A stretch of DNA of 63,340 nucleotides, counting the filler. It is 4 parts of 4 records of this genome, joined end to end, with 100 filler letters (N's around TTAATTAATTAA, not from the genome) between each part and the next. Parts side by side here need not be neighbours in the genome. Positions count along the whole stretch, not along the records: positions 1 to 30,140 come from SRR31156797_3544; 3 more parts are not named here. The stretch is one strand, 5' to 3'. Position numbers and translations under genes: made by a program. Of the stretch, positions 10,850 to 21,207 are shown piece after piece (within the stretch, counting starts at the first letter, position 1; the number at the start of each line of letters is the position of its first letter). Under the pieces are notes generated by a model, which did not search any database, was not told the DNA's origin, and worked only from the letters and a program-made list of their open reading frames with translations.

Positions 10850-12091
10850 ATGAAAAAATACTTTAATAATATTCACAAAAATATGCTCCTGTTTCTGCTG
10901 GTTTCAGGGGCAATAGGCTTAGCCACAGGCTTAAGCGATCCAATACTATCCAATTACTTTGATCAAGTATACAATGTAACTACTACTCAAAGAGGATTAA
11001 TAGAATTTCCCCGTGAACTGCCGGGCGTTCTGTGCCTTGGTATGGTAGCAATTGGTGCATTTCTAGGTGATATTCGCCTTAGTATAGCAGCACAGACACT
11101 AAGTATAATCGGCTTAGTTGTACTGGGAATATTTACACCGCCTTTTGGCATCATGCTGATATTCCTATTTATATATTCATCTGGTATGCATCTGTACATG
11201 CCTTTATCCGATAGTATTTTTATGACTACATCAAAAATATCCGGTGAAGATGAAAAGATGCTGGGTACATCAATGGGCAGGTATAAAAGCGTAAATATTG
11301 GTTTTCAATTATTTGCAGGGTTATTAGTATTCATAGGATTTAAGGTTGGATTCTTTAGCTTTGAAACAAAAACTAAATGGGTGTTTATACTCGCTGCAAT
11401 ATTCTATTTCATAGCAATAATCTTATTACAACAACTAAGCAGGATAAATCCTAAACACAATTCAAAAGATAAATCAAAAATTAAATTTAATAAAGACTAT
11501 ATATTCTATTATATCCTTGCAGCTATGCATGGAACACAAAAGCAGGTTATGCTAGTATATGGTCCATGGGTTTTGATTAGAATACTAGGCAAAGGAGCAG
11601 AGACAATATCTTTGCTTGTTATAGTCAGTGCTTTCTGTGGTATATTCTTTACCAGATTTCTTGGTAAATGGATAGATAAGTTTGGTATAAAGAATCTATT
11701 GATAGCAGATGCTGTGTCATTTATATTTGTCTATTTGATATATGGTCTGATAACAGGTGGTTATGAAAGCGGAACACTGCCTACTGTAGGCATAGCTGTA
11801 TTTATGGCTTATACAATATTTGTAATGGACAAAATGAGTATGAACATGTATATGGTAAAGGTGCTGTTCTTAAAGGCAATTGTAAAAGATGAAAATGATG
11901 TACCTGTTGCACTATCCACAGGCATCAGTATAGACCACGTAATATCTATTGCCTTTGCTATATTCTGCGGATTTATCTGGGATAGATTTGGTGCACAGTA
12001 TGTATTCTATATTGCGGCAGCCTTTTCATTGGTGAATCTTGCTGTGTCGATGATAATAAAGTATGGAAATAAATATAAAGCTTTGTCATAG
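10850..12091 (+). CDS. MFS transporter
   Basis: About 12 TM segments, IEFPRELPG, LGKWIDKFG; 2 nt downstream of prfC. Confidence 0.85.
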   Translation: MKKYFNNIHKNMLLFLLVSGAIGLATGLSDPILSNYFDQVYNVTTTQRGLIEFPRELPGVLCLGMVAIGAFLGDIRLSIAAQTLSIIGLVVLGIFTPPFGIMLIFLFIYSSGMHLYMPLSDSIFMTTSKISGEDEKMLGTSMGRYKSVNIGFQLFAGLLVFIGFKVGFFSFETKTKWVFILAAIFYFIAIILLQQLSRINPKHNSKDKSKIKFNKDYIFYYILAAMHGTQKQVMLVYGPWVLIRILGKGAETISLLVIVSAFCGIFFTRFLGKWIDKFGIKNLLIADAVSFIFVYLIYGLITGGYESGTLPTVGIAVFMAYTIFVMDKMSMNMYMVKVLFLKAIVKDENDVPVALSTGISIDHVISIAFAIFCGFIWDRFGAQYVFYIAAAFSLVNLAVSMIIKYGNKYKALS

Positions 12092-12104
12092 ATATTGACA
12101 TATA

Positions 12105-12131
12105 AAAAAGCATTAGTAATCTAATGCTTTT
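12105..12131. terminator. Bidirectional terminator between convergent genes
   Basis: AAAAGCATTAG-taat-CTAATGCTTTT. Confidence 0.7.
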
Positions 12132-12163
12132 ATTAAAATATAATTACACTACCTAAATATTAT

Positions 12164-12571
12164 CTAATCAACTAGCGGAACACCGTTAGCATCTACATTT
12201 ACTTTCTTTGTTAGTATCTGTATTGACTCAATGAGAGCCCAAACCCAAGATACTATAGGTCCGACAAAAATTATAGAGCCAAATATGGTTATCAATAATT
12301 GTGCAACGCCTTTTCCTGTATAACCTAATATAAAATTATGTATACCGAGTGAGCCCAAAAATATCCCCAGTAATCCTACTGTCATTCTTGATTTAGCAGC
12401 ACCAGAACTGCTTGCTACACTTGCACCGCACTTCACACAAACTACAGCATTCTGCGCAACCTGAGCACCGCAATTGGTACAATATCCTGTTGTTATTTTT
12501 GGGTTTGCACCACAGCTCATACATGCTACAGCATTTTCGTTTACTTCATTTCCGCAATTTCCGCAATACAT
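12164..12571 (-). CDS. Double zinc-ribbon plus TM2-domain protein
   Basis: Four CxxCG motifs, then KSRMTVGLLGIFLGSLGIHNFILGY (TM2 signature). Confidence 0.88.
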   Translation of the reverse strand: MYCGNCGNEVNENAVACMSCGANPKITTGYCTNCGAQVAQNAVVCVKCGASVASSSGAAKSRMTVGLLGIFLGSLGIHNFILGYTGKGVAQLLITIFGSIIFVGPIVSWVWALIESIQILTKKVNVDANGVPLVD

Positions 12572-12672
12572 ACATTACCTCCAATAATATACTATTATCA
12601 CCTATAATATCATAATATTCTAATATTTACTATAATATAATTATGATAATATAAAATACCTATTTCAGCAAA

Positions 12673-12697
12673 AAAGCAGCGGCATAACCGCTGCTTT
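12673..12697 (-). terminator. Terminator after the DUF805 gene
   Basis: AAAGCAGCGG-cataa-CCGCTGCTTT with a U-tract on the minus strand. Confidence 0.75.
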
Positions 12698-12720
12698 ACT
12701 ATGTAATTATTTAATATCTC

Positions 12721-13092
12721 TTATACAGGCTCTGTAGGCTGTGGTCCGAATTGATTATCACCAGATTGTGATTCAGTTGCCATAAGCACAATATACCATA
12801 TAATGCCTGCAATAGGAATTAATATTATAAATATATATCCCCAGTCCTTACCAATATCATGCAGTCTGCGAACATTAAGTGCAAGTGATGGTACTAGTAT
12901 TGCCAATGAGAACAAAGAGTTCAAAACTGTGAAAAGCTTACTTATTGCTCCGCCGCCTGTAGCTGTAATAATAGCTGAGAAAACTACACCAATCAAAAAT
13001 ACTATCAATACATACATCCAGTATTCTTTTCTATTTGCTCTTCCTGTAAATTGTGCGTACTTGTCTTTAATTACATCTGTAAAATAATTCAT
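12721..13092 (-). CDS. DUF805 (YhaH-like) membrane protein
   Basis: FTGRANRKEYW, VRRLHDIG, GDNQFG. Confidence 0.92.
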   Translation of the reverse strand: MNYFTDVIKDKYAQFTGRANRKEYWMYVLIVFLIGVVFSAIITATGGGAISKLFTVLNSLFSLAILVPSLALNVRRLHDIGKDWGYIFIILIPIAGIIWYIVLMATESQSGDNQFGPQPTEPV

Positions 13093-13182
13093 ATAATACC
13101 TCCAGTTTAATTATATTTCTATCATAGCATATTATGCCAGTATTTGCTATATTATATTGTTGATATTTGTATTAAATTGATA

Positions 13183-14151
13183 CTATATGTCGCTAGGATA
13201 AACTAAATTCCAATCCTTTCGCAGAGTATCCATAATATTAACTGCATCCAGTGTCCTTTTATATGTCGCTGGCGGCAATTCTTTCATTTTATTCTTTGAT
13301 GCATCATCAAATGCCTTGATTTCATACTGCATACCCAGACCCTCGTAGCTAAAATCAAGTACTTTCTCCTCACCGCTATATTCTATCAGAGTTATTTTAC
13401 TTGGTCTGGTTACTTCATTTAAATGAATAGATCCCTTTTCGCAGTAAATATCATACTGCCATGGATGGTAATTTATTATACTGCTGTCATAGCTAACTGG
13501 TATGCCGTCAAAATCAAATACTACTCTATTTGACATATCAACACCATCTCTGATGTCTGCAAAGCCCATATATTTTTTTGGCTTTGAACCAAATATATAC
13601 ATAAAAAAGTGAATAGGATAAATACCTAAATCAAGTAAAGTACCTCCTGCCATGTCATTTTTGTACCTCCATTCATCACGAGATGTATTTGAACCAAATC
13701 CTAGTGAACCGGATACTGAATTTATACTACCAAAATGTTTTGCATCGATTAATTGTTTCGCTTTAATTACTGCTGGGAAAAACAATGTCCACATAGCTTC
13801 CATAAGCAGACAATTATTTTCTTTTGCTGCCATTATCATCTCTTGTGCTTCCTTTTCGTTTACTGCCATAGGTTTTTCACACAGTACATTCTTGCCTTTA
13901 TTCAGAAAGTATATTACGATATCCTTATGAGATGTATGTGGTGTACCAATATAGACATTATGTATTTCTTCCTTTTGAAGCATTTCATCATAATCTGTAT
14001 AAACATTCGGTATGGAAAATTCGTCTGCGAATTTTTTTCCCTTTTCGTTATTTCTGCTGACAACTGCTGCTATTTCAACACCTTTAGCATATTTACTGTC
14101 TCTCACAAACTGACTTGATATCATTCCTGTTCCTATTACTGCCCACTTCAT
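13183..14151 (-). CDS. Gfo/Idh/MocA oxidoreductase
   Basis: WAVIGTG, VLCEKP, GGTLLDLGIY; start moved to 14151 after a GGAGG RBS. Confidence 0.92.
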   Translation of the reverse strand: MKWAVIGTGMISSQFVRDSKYAKGVEIAAVVSRNNEKGKKFADEFSIPNVYTDYDEMLQKEEIHNVYIGTPHTSHKDIVIYFLNKGKNVLCEKPMAVNEKEAQEMIMAAKENNCLLMEAMWTLFFPAVIKAKQLIDAKHFGSINSVSGSLGFGSNTSRDEWRYKNDMAGGTLLDLGIYPIHFFMYIFGSKPKKYMGFADIRDGVDMSNRVVFDFDGIPVSYDSSIINYHPWQYDIYCEKGSIHLNEVTRPSKITLIEYSGEEKVLDFSYEGLGMQYEIKAFDDASKNKMKELPPATYKRTLDAVNIMDTLRKDWNLVYPSDI

Positions 14152-14406
14152 ATGTATGCCTCCTTTAATATTCATATTAAGTTTATCATTTAACCTTTTT
14201 GATGTCTATAATGCTTAAAGCTTTGACTTTAATCTATTTGGTAAAATAATATTTTTTTGTTAATAAGATTTTTAAAGATTTAACATTAATAATATATAAC
14301 AATAATAAAATTTACATTATTTTTATTGTAAATTTCTAATTATAATTTTTCTACATATCCATATAAAAAAATAACTGTATACAATATTTAGTAGACGCAT
14401 GAAATT

Positions 14407-14560
14407 TTATCCACAAGTTTGTATTTTCATTGTTAAATCAGTGGATTTATGTGGATAATTAAAAAAAATAAGCATTTACAATTGCCAATATAAGTGATAT
14501 TATATCACTTGTCCACAAAATCACTAAGATTACTTGATAAATCGATTTTTTTGTGGATAA
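14407..14560. promoter_or_regulatory. oriC left part: DnaA-box cluster upstream of dnaA
   Basis: TTATCCACA 14407-14415; TGTGGATAA 14450-14458 and 14552-14560; near-match TTGTCCACA 14509-14517. Confidence 0.85.
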
Positions 14561-14631
14561 CTTTTATTTTTTTGGTAATATGGTAGTGTTAATAAGTGTG
14601 ATAAAATGAGGAGAAGCTCTAGGAGCAGGGA

Positions 14632-15966
14632 ATGAATATGGCAATGATGAATGAAAAAAGCAACGATTATTGGGTAAAAGCAAAGGAGCTAATCCAAAAC
14701 GAAATACAATCTGTAAGTTACAAAACATGGATATTACCGCTGCAGTTTCAAAAATACGAAAACAGAGTACTATACTTGCAGGCACAAAGTACTCTTCAAA
14801 AAAACATGCTGATAGAGAACTATACTCCTCTTATTGAAAATGCATTTTCAAAGGTTACAGGCAAACCTTGCTTAGTAGAGATACGAATGGATGATGGCAG
14901 CGGAGATATTCCATCTGCACCTCAGCAGCAGAGCAATCCTCTGATGCTAAATCCTAATTATACATTTGATACATTTGTTATAGGCAATTCCAATACATTT
15001 GCTCATGCAGCATGTCTTGGAGCAGCTGAAAACCCCAGCATTGCATACAATCCTCTGTTTTTATACGGTGGTGTTGGTCTTGGAAAGACTCATCTAATGC
15101 ATGCTATTGGTCACTTTGTACGCAATAATAACAAAGATAAAAAAGTAATGTATATCTCATCTGAGAATTTTACAAATGAGCTGATTAAATCCATCCAACG
15201 CAACAAAATGGATGCATTCAGGAAAAAATACAGAAGCGTTGATGTACTTTTGGTGGATGATATTCAGTTTATTTCAAAAAAGGAAAGAACACAAGAAGAA
15301 TTCTTCCATACATTTAATGATTTATATGAAGCACAAAAGCAAATCATCATTTCATCAGATAAACCGCCGCAGGATATTGAGTTCCTAGAGGAAAGACTTC
15401 GTTCCAGATTTGAATGGGGATTAATCGCTGATATTCAACCGCCAGATTTAGAGACCAGAATAGCAATTCTAAAAACAAAAGCATCTGTAAAAGGCTATGA
15501 AGATATTGATTATCAGATACTCGAATATATAGCAACAAAATCTGTTAATAATATCAGAAATCTAGAAGGTGCACTGATAAAGGTTATTACATTTGCTGAG
15601 TTCTCAAAAAAGGAGATTACTCTTCAGTTAGCAGCTGAATCTCTAAAAGATTATCTAAAAGAAAACAGTATAGAAAAAGTTACAGCAGAGAGAATAATCG
15701 AAGTAGTATGCACAACTTTTGGCCTATCTACTGAGCAGATATGCTCCAGACGGCGTTCCAAGGACATTGCATACCCTAGACAAATATGTATGTACCTATT
15801 ACGTGAGTTAACAGACCTTCCATTAAATGATATTGGCAAAATATTAGGCGGAAGGGATCATACAACTGTGCTGTATGCGTTTAGGCTCCTGTCAAAGCAG
15901 TCAGCAGAGGACAATGACCTCAGGCTGATGCTTGCCGACTTAACTAAAAAAATACGAGGCAACTAG
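14632..15966 (+). CDS. dnaA: Chromosomal replication initiator DnaA
   Basis: YNPLFLYGGVGLGKTHL, LLVDDIQF, RLRSRFEWGL, GGRDHTTV. Exact start among several nearby ATGs is uncertain. Confidence 0.98.
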   Translation: MNMAMMNEKSNDYWVKAKELIQNEIQSVSYKTWILPLQFQKYENRVLYLQAQSTLQKNMLIENYTPLIENAFSKVTGKPCLVEIRMDDGSGDIPSAPQQQSNPLMLNPNYTFDTFVIGNSNTFAHAACLGAAENPSIAYNPLFLYGGVGLGKTHLMHAIGHFVRNNNKDKKVMYISSENFTNELIKSIQRNKMDAFRKKYRSVDVLLVDDIQFISKKERTQEEFFHTFNDLYEAQKQIIISSDKPPQDIEFLEERLRSRFEWGLIADIQPPDLETRIAILKTKASVKGYEDIDYQILEYIATKSVNNIRNLEGALIKVITFAEFSKKEITLQLAAESLKDYLKENSIEKVTAERIIEVVCTTFGLSTEQICSRRRSKDIAYPRQICMYLLRELTDLPLNDIGKILGGRDHTTVLYAFRLLSKQSAEDNDLRLMLADLTKKIRGN

Positions 15967-15970
15967 AGAG

Positions 15971-15990
15971 GAGGCATCGCCTCCTTTTAT
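15971..15990 (+). terminator. Hairpin/terminator after dnaA
   Basis: GGAGGC-atc-GCCTCC followed by TTTT. Confidence 0.5.
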
Positions 15991-16224
15991 ATTTAGATAT
16001 ACTTCCTTTATATTTTCTTACTTAATATAACTTAGTTATGTGTATTCACGTATTAAATTTATTATTTCTCATAATTAAAATTTGCATAGAAATTTTAACA
16101 AATAATATGATATAATTAATGTATTGTTTCTTAATGTGTATATAGTTTTGCAATGATATAGATTTATCCCTTAAGCAGATTTCAGAGTCTCATATAAAGC
16201 AGAACTTCTATATGTATAAACTAG

Positions 16225-16370
16225 TTATCAACATATATTATATGAATTGTGTATAGTATTTAATAACTTGTTATATTATACACATCGTTATATACACTAT
16301 AAATCGACATATAAGTAGGTAATATCGACTTATTAAGATAATTAACATGCCTTATTATTACTACTACTAT
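16225..16370 (+). promoter_or_regulatory. oriC right part: degenerate DnaA boxes and DnaA-trio unwinding element
   Basis: TTATCAACA 16225-16233, TTATACACA 16276-16284, then TTATTAAGA-TAATTAACA-TGCC-TTATTATTACTACTACTAT (16330-16370), matching the box-box-GC-trio layout of Firmicutes origins. Confidence 0.75.
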
Positions 16371-16430
16371 CAATATAATAATTATATATAGTTAAATAAT
16401 TTAGCAAACTATATACAAAAGGAGAAGAAT

Positions 16431-17531
16431 ATGAAATTTACATGCGATAAAAATGTTATCTATAATGGACTGTCAATAGTCAGTAAGGCTATTAGTGCAC
16501 ATACTACTGATAAATCACTAGAGGGAATACTGATTGAAGCACAAGATGATAATTTGATATTGACTTGTACTGATTTATCTCTTGGTATTGTAACAAAGGT
16601 AAAAGCAGATATTATAGATGAAGGTGTAGCACTTGTTCCTGGTAAAATTTTTGTAGAATTTACGAAGAAGCTGCCTGACGGCGATGTATCCTTTAGCTTC
16701 TATGATAATAGTGTACAGATTGACTATGGTATATCATCTACAGTATTGCAGACACTAAACCCTGAGAATTATCCACATATCCCAGAGGTTGGTGAGGATA
16801 AGGGAATCATTATTAAGGAAGATAAACTATCAGCTATGATTAATTCTACTTTATTCTCAGTAGCAACAGAGGATTCACGTCCAGTATTAACAGGTGCATT
16901 ATTTGAAGTAAAGAACGATATTGCAAAGATTGTATGTCTGGACGGCTACAGAATGGGAATATATGAAGAAAAGCTGGGTAGCGAGTATGAGGACGTAAGC
17001 GTAATAGTTCCTGCATCAACACTGTCAGAGGTACAGAAGCTTCTGCTAGGAAGTGAATCTATAAAAATATTTGTAGATAATTCTCATATTTTATTTAGTA
17101 TCAGAGAGACAAAGATTATTTCCCGATTAATAGAAGGGGAGTATATCAATTATAATAGAATAATACCTGATGATCATGAAAGTATTGCAACACTTGATAT
17201 CAATAAATTTGCTAATACTTTGGACAGGGTATCGACTTTATCTCGTGAAGACGGAAATAACCTTGTAAAAATGGAGATAGAGGAAGGGGATGTAAAGATA
17301 TCTACTAAATCTACATTAGGTAATATTAATGAGGAACTGGATGTAGAACTTGAAGGCAAGGAAATAGATATTGCATTTAATGTTAAATTCATCACTGATA
17401 TCCTAAAGCATATTGATACTGGTATAAAAACCATCAGTATGTATATGAATACCAGCTCTACACCATGTGTAATAAGAAGTCGTGATAACAAAAAATTCGT
17501 CTATATGATACTGCCAATCAGAATGTATTAG
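16431..17531 (+). CDS. dnaN: DNA polymerase III beta clamp
   Basis: 366 aa; TDLSLGI, SRPVLTG, LDGYRM, SRLIEGEY, ILPIR; downstream of dnaA. Confidence 0.96.
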   Translation: MKFTCDKNVIYNGLSIVSKAISAHTTDKSLEGILIEAQDDNLILTCTDLSLGIVTKVKADIIDEGVALVPGKIFVEFTKKLPDGDVSFSFYDNSVQIDYGISSTVLQTLNPENYPHIPEVGEDKGIIIKEDKLSAMINSTLFSVATEDSRPVLTGALFEVKNDIAKIVCLDGYRMGIYEEKLGSEYEDVSVIVPASTLSEVQKLLLGSESIKIFVDNSHILFSIRETKIISRLIEGEYINYNRIIPDDHESIATLDINKFANTLDRVSTLSREDGNNLVKMEIEEGDVKISTKSTLGNINEELDVELEGKEIDIAFNVKFITDILKHIDTGIKTISMYMNTSSTPCVIRSRDNKKFVYMILPIRMY

Positions 17532-17583
17532 AATAATAGAGTTTCAATAACATTAATTTGTTAATTAGTCACTGGTGATTAAA

Positions 17584-18687
17584 ATGATACTAAAAAAGAT
17601 TTCTTACGTAAATATGAGGAATTTAGAGAATACGACTATAATTCCGTCAGAAAATATTAATGTATTTACAGGTGAAAATGCTCAAGGAAAGACAAATATC
17701 CTTGAGTGTATTCATATTTGCTGTACTGGCCGAAGTCACCGTACACATAAGGATGATATTGTAATCAATAACGATAGTCAGAGAGCATATATTGATGCAT
17801 ACTGCGAGAGAAGCGATGGAGTGCATCGTATTGAAATAGCACTAAATATAAAAAATAAAAAAAGCGTCTCTATTAATTCATACCCTGCTAAAAGGTTAGG
17901 TGAATTAATGGGGCATATGAACTGTGTAATGTTTTCTCCAGAGGATATTGCACTGGTCAATTTAGGTCCTCAGTACAGAAGAAAATATATTGATATTGCC
18001 TTGTCACAAATTAAGCCTTCGTACTTTTATGCTTTGCAAAATTATCAAAAAACTTTGATTCAGAGGAATAATCTGCTTAAATCAATTATTAATAAGCCTG
18101 GAAATCGTGAAAGCCTCTTTGTCTGGGATGAACAGCTGGCTAATTTCGGAAGTATATTATACACAGAACGAACAAAATTTGTGGATAAATTGAATGTTAT
18201 ATGTAAAGAAATTCATTCACATTTAAGTGGACAAAGAGAAAACATTGATATTGGATATCAAACATTTTTGACAGCAGATACAGCTGCTGATGCTAAAAAA
18301 GAGATAATAGAAATATTGGAAAAAAATCATGAGAATGATATACGCCGTCAGTCTACAACCCAGGGTAATCATCGAGATGATTTAAAGCTAATGTTAAACG
18401 ACATAGATGTTCGCTCCCAAGGGTCCCAAGGACAGAAAAGAACTACAGCTCTAAGCCTAAAATTATCAGAAATAGAGATTATGAAAGAGTACTCCGGTGA
18501 AACACCTATACTATTACTGGATGATGTTTTTTCTGAACTGGATAACATGAGAAAAAAATATCTATTAAAATATATTAGGGATATTCAGAGCTTTATTACC
18601 TGTGTTGATACTGAGAGTATACTACTGGAGAATGAAAAAAATATAAGCATTACAAAGATAAATAATGGAAAGTTAATAAAACAATAG
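17584..18687 (+). CDS. recF: DNA replication/repair protein RecF
   Basis: GENAQGKTN, FSPED, GSQGQKR, LLLDDVFSELD. Confidence 0.96.
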   Translation: MILKKISYVNMRNLENTTIIPSENINVFTGENAQGKTNILECIHICCTGRSHRTHKDDIVINNDSQRAYIDAYCERSDGVHRIEIALNIKNKKSVSINSYPAKRLGELMGHMNCVMFSPEDIALVNLGPQYRRKYIDIALSQIKPSYFYALQNYQKTLIQRNNLLKSIINKPGNRESLFVWDEQLANFGSILYTERTKFVDKLNVICKEIHSHLSGQRENIDIGYQTFLTADTAADAKKEIIEILEKNHENDIRRQSTTQGNHRDDLKLMLNDIDVRSQGSQGQKRTTALSLKLSEIEIMKEYSGETPILLLDDVFSELDNMRKKYLLKYIRDIQSFITCVDTESILLENEKNISITKINNGKLIKQ

Positions 18688-18696
18688 GGGAGTTAA

Positions 18697-19578
18697 ATGG
18701 CAAATATAGTCTTATATTCATATGCAAAAATCAATTTATCACTAAATGTAATTTCTACTTTGGAAAATGGCTATCATGAACTGGATATGGTAATCTGTCC
18801 AATCAGCTTACATGATGAGATTATTTTAAGTACAAAAAGTAAAGGCATTACAATTGACTGTGATAAAAAGGAACTGGCAAATGATAGTAATATTGCTTAT
18901 AAGGCTGCAAAGGCGATTTTTTCTTTCGTTGGAAAAGATGATGGTATTGATATTTATATTGCAAAAAATATCTGGACAGAGGCTGGCATGGGCGGCGGCA
19001 GTTCAAATGCAGCGGCGGTATTAATTGGTATAAATAAATTGTATAATTATGGATTAAGCACTGAGCAATTATCTGAAATCGGAATTAAACTGGGAGCTGA
19101 TGTACCTTTGTTTTTGCAGGATGGTCTGGTACGTGTTAGGGGAATCGGAGAGAAATTAGAGTATTATGATTATGATGATATGCTGCCTATTGTAATTCTG
19201 CAGGATAAGGGTGGATTATCCACAAAGTATGTATTTGATATATATGATAGAAATCCATGTAGGAAAAAATCAGATAATATTATGCTTATTAAGTCAGTTC
19301 AGGATAATGATTCTATGAGAATATATGAAAATATGCATAATTGCCTCCAGAATACATCGATAGTTTTAGATAATAATGTTGGTAAGGGAATAGATATGTT
19401 AAGGACTATGGGGGCTAAGATTTCGATTATGACTGGTTCAGGCTCTGCTGTATATGGTATTTTTGAGGATATGTCCAGTGCTCAAAAGGCTTATAATGAG
19501 CTAAGAGGTGAATACGATAAATGTCAGGTAGTAACTACAGTTGGACAGTTTATTCGTATAGTGGACGTGGTGGAGTAG
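18697..19578 (+). CDS. ispE: 4-(cytidine 5'-diphospho)-2-C-methyl-D-erythritol kinase
   Basis: AKINLSL, GYHEL, AGMGGGSSNAA, GADVP, MTGSGS. Confidence 0.95.
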   Translation: MANIVLYSYAKINLSLNVISTLENGYHELDMVICPISLHDEIILSTKSKGITIDCDKKELANDSNIAYKAAKAIFSFVGKDDGIDIYIAKNIWTEAGMGGGSSNAAAVLIGINKLYNYGLSTEQLSEIGIKLGADVPLFLQDGLVRVRGIGEKLEYYDYDDMLPIVILQDKGGLSTKYVFDIYDRNPCRKKSDNIMLIKSVQDNDSMRIYENMHNCLQNTSIVLDNNVGKGIDMLRTMGAKISIMTGSGSAVYGIFEDMSSAQKAYNELRGEYDKCQVVTTVGQFIRIVDVVE

Positions 19579-19698
19579 TCTCTATGGGGCTTTGTACTAA
19601 GTCTGCTAAATGGTAGTGTTTTTATTTTGATTTGAGTAAATATTTAATACGCTTATTTAGTGTGGTGAGTTGAAATAGACTCTGGAGATTAGTGTAAC

Positions 19699-20460
19699 TT
19701 AAAAATATTTACTATCAAATATTTTTGACAAATTAGCTACGTACTCCTCCTTATTGAATTGAAGAGGTGTAAATCTATCAAAGTATTTTACCTTTTGCCC
19801 TAAATCATGTATATTATCAAATTTTGTTTCATCTATACCTATTCTACCCCAGATGACTTTATCATTTAGGAATATTGTTTGCGCTAGTATAACAGTACAG
19901 TATAAATCCAAATCATCAGGACAGATTAGTATTGGTAAATAAGTAGTATCATTTATTGATTTAAATCGCGTTGTGATCAGTGTACGTTCATCTATAGGAA
20001 TCTCATCCCAATTAACATGGGGAGAAATTAAATCAAGTGTATCTATTTCCGTCAGCGAATTGACAAATTCATCTAATGGTATGTCGTTGATTGTAATAAT
20101 ATAATGTTGATCTTTAATATATTTAGTATTACCTAGCTTGACTCTTATATTGGCTTGTTCAATATGGTAAATAGGATTATCTATTACATGCTTCCAATTG
20201 TTATCTTTCTCATAAATACATCTATTTTTTGCAACGAATTGGAGAGCATTATATTCACAAGCACCAAAATTCATAAAGTTTTGCTGGGCTTGGATTAGTG
20301 ATGTTTTATTTGCTCCACCTGTATAAAATGGGTTATCAAATTGAACTCCATCATCTTCCCAAAAGCAAACTTTACAGATTGCATAAGAGCCATTAGCTTC
20401 TTTGTCGAGTGTTTTGTAACCGCAACAGGGACAAGTGTATTTTTTAGCTTTATCTACCAT
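19699..20460 (-). CDS. CPCC cysteine-rich domain fused to an unknown domain
   Basis: CPCCGYKTL...ICKVCFWEDDG...GGANKTSLIQAQQNF, followed by about 160 aa containing ICPDDLDLYCTVI. Confidence 0.75.
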   Translation of the reverse strand: MVDKAKKYTCPCCGYKTLDKEANGSYAICKVCFWEDDGVQFDNPFYTGGANKTSLIQAQQNFMNFGACEYNALQFVAKNRCIYEKDNNWKHVIDNPIYHIEQANIRVKLGNTKYIKDQHYIITINDIPLDEFVNSLTEIDTLDLISPHVNWDEIPIDERTLITTRFKSINDTTYLPILICPDDLDLYCTVILAQTIFLNDKVIWGRIGIDETKFDNIHDLGQKVKYFDRFTPLQFNKEEYVANLSKIFDSKYF

Positions 20461-20929
20461 AATGTTATTGTAGCATAGATTTGGAAGTTATAAAGGTTGG
20501 ATATTAATTATTATATTCCTATGGTTGTTACTGATTAGTGGTTAATGCTATCATTAAACAAAGCAAAACAGGTATTATGCGAAGAATACATAGTACCGTT
20601 ATCGTTTAGATTTAATTTTATTTGCCATCTTATCTTCATAGTGTACCTCAAGCTGATATATATAGTATACACTACAATATTATAGCAATGCTAATACTGT
20701 TTTTGGTTTATTATTAGAATATCGATACCTTTTTTCTTTGCCATAGATACAGTCATAGCTGTACCACTGTGTTTTCACTTATCCTATATAGTCACGTAGA
20801 TAGATTACCAGCTGTGTACTGATTTTTGTTATAAAAAACTGACATCTAGGTTAGTAAAAAAAATATTATTTATTTGTGTTGGAGTGAGTTTTTGTTATTT
20901 TTATTTCTATGGTTGTTCTTCCTAACATT

Positions 20930-20956
20930 AAAAGAGATACCTAAGTATCCTCTTTT
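20930..20956 (-). terminator. Terminator of the cyclase-like unit
   Basis: AAAAGAGATAC-ctaa-GTATCCTCTTTT (one bulge). Confidence 0.6.
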
Positions 20957-20971
20957 CTAGTAATCTATAAT

Positions 20972-21187
20972 TTATCTTCTGTCTCTTGCATTACGTCCTT
21001 TCTCTGTAATCATATACTGTTTATCACCTAAACTAGTTTCGCTTACATGTACTAAATAGCCCATGTTTACTAGTTCATCTATTTCTTTGGGAGTTGCTTT
21101 TTTACCAGCTCCTCTAATGTTAAAGTCGGCTACTCTTTCACCTCGTCTAAACATGATTAGTAGTTGATAAAGTCTTGAATATTCCAT
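20972..21187 (-). CDS. Small basic protein, winged-helix-like
   Basis: Strong AGGAGG RBS; 71 aa; ELVNMGYL...YMITEKG resembles a wHTH recognition helix and wing. Confidence 0.65.
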   Translation of the reverse strand: MEYSRLYQLLIMFRRGERVADFNIRGAGKKATPKEIDELVNMGYLVHVSETSLGDKQYMITEKGRNARDRR

Positions 21188-21207
21188 AATATACCTCCTA
21201 TATAAAT

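Noticed and set aside
20520-20900. Hydrophobic-looking reading frames in AT-rich spacers (also 6084-6509)
   Set aside because: Multiple stops and no identifiable family; cannot be distinguished from AT-rich noise.
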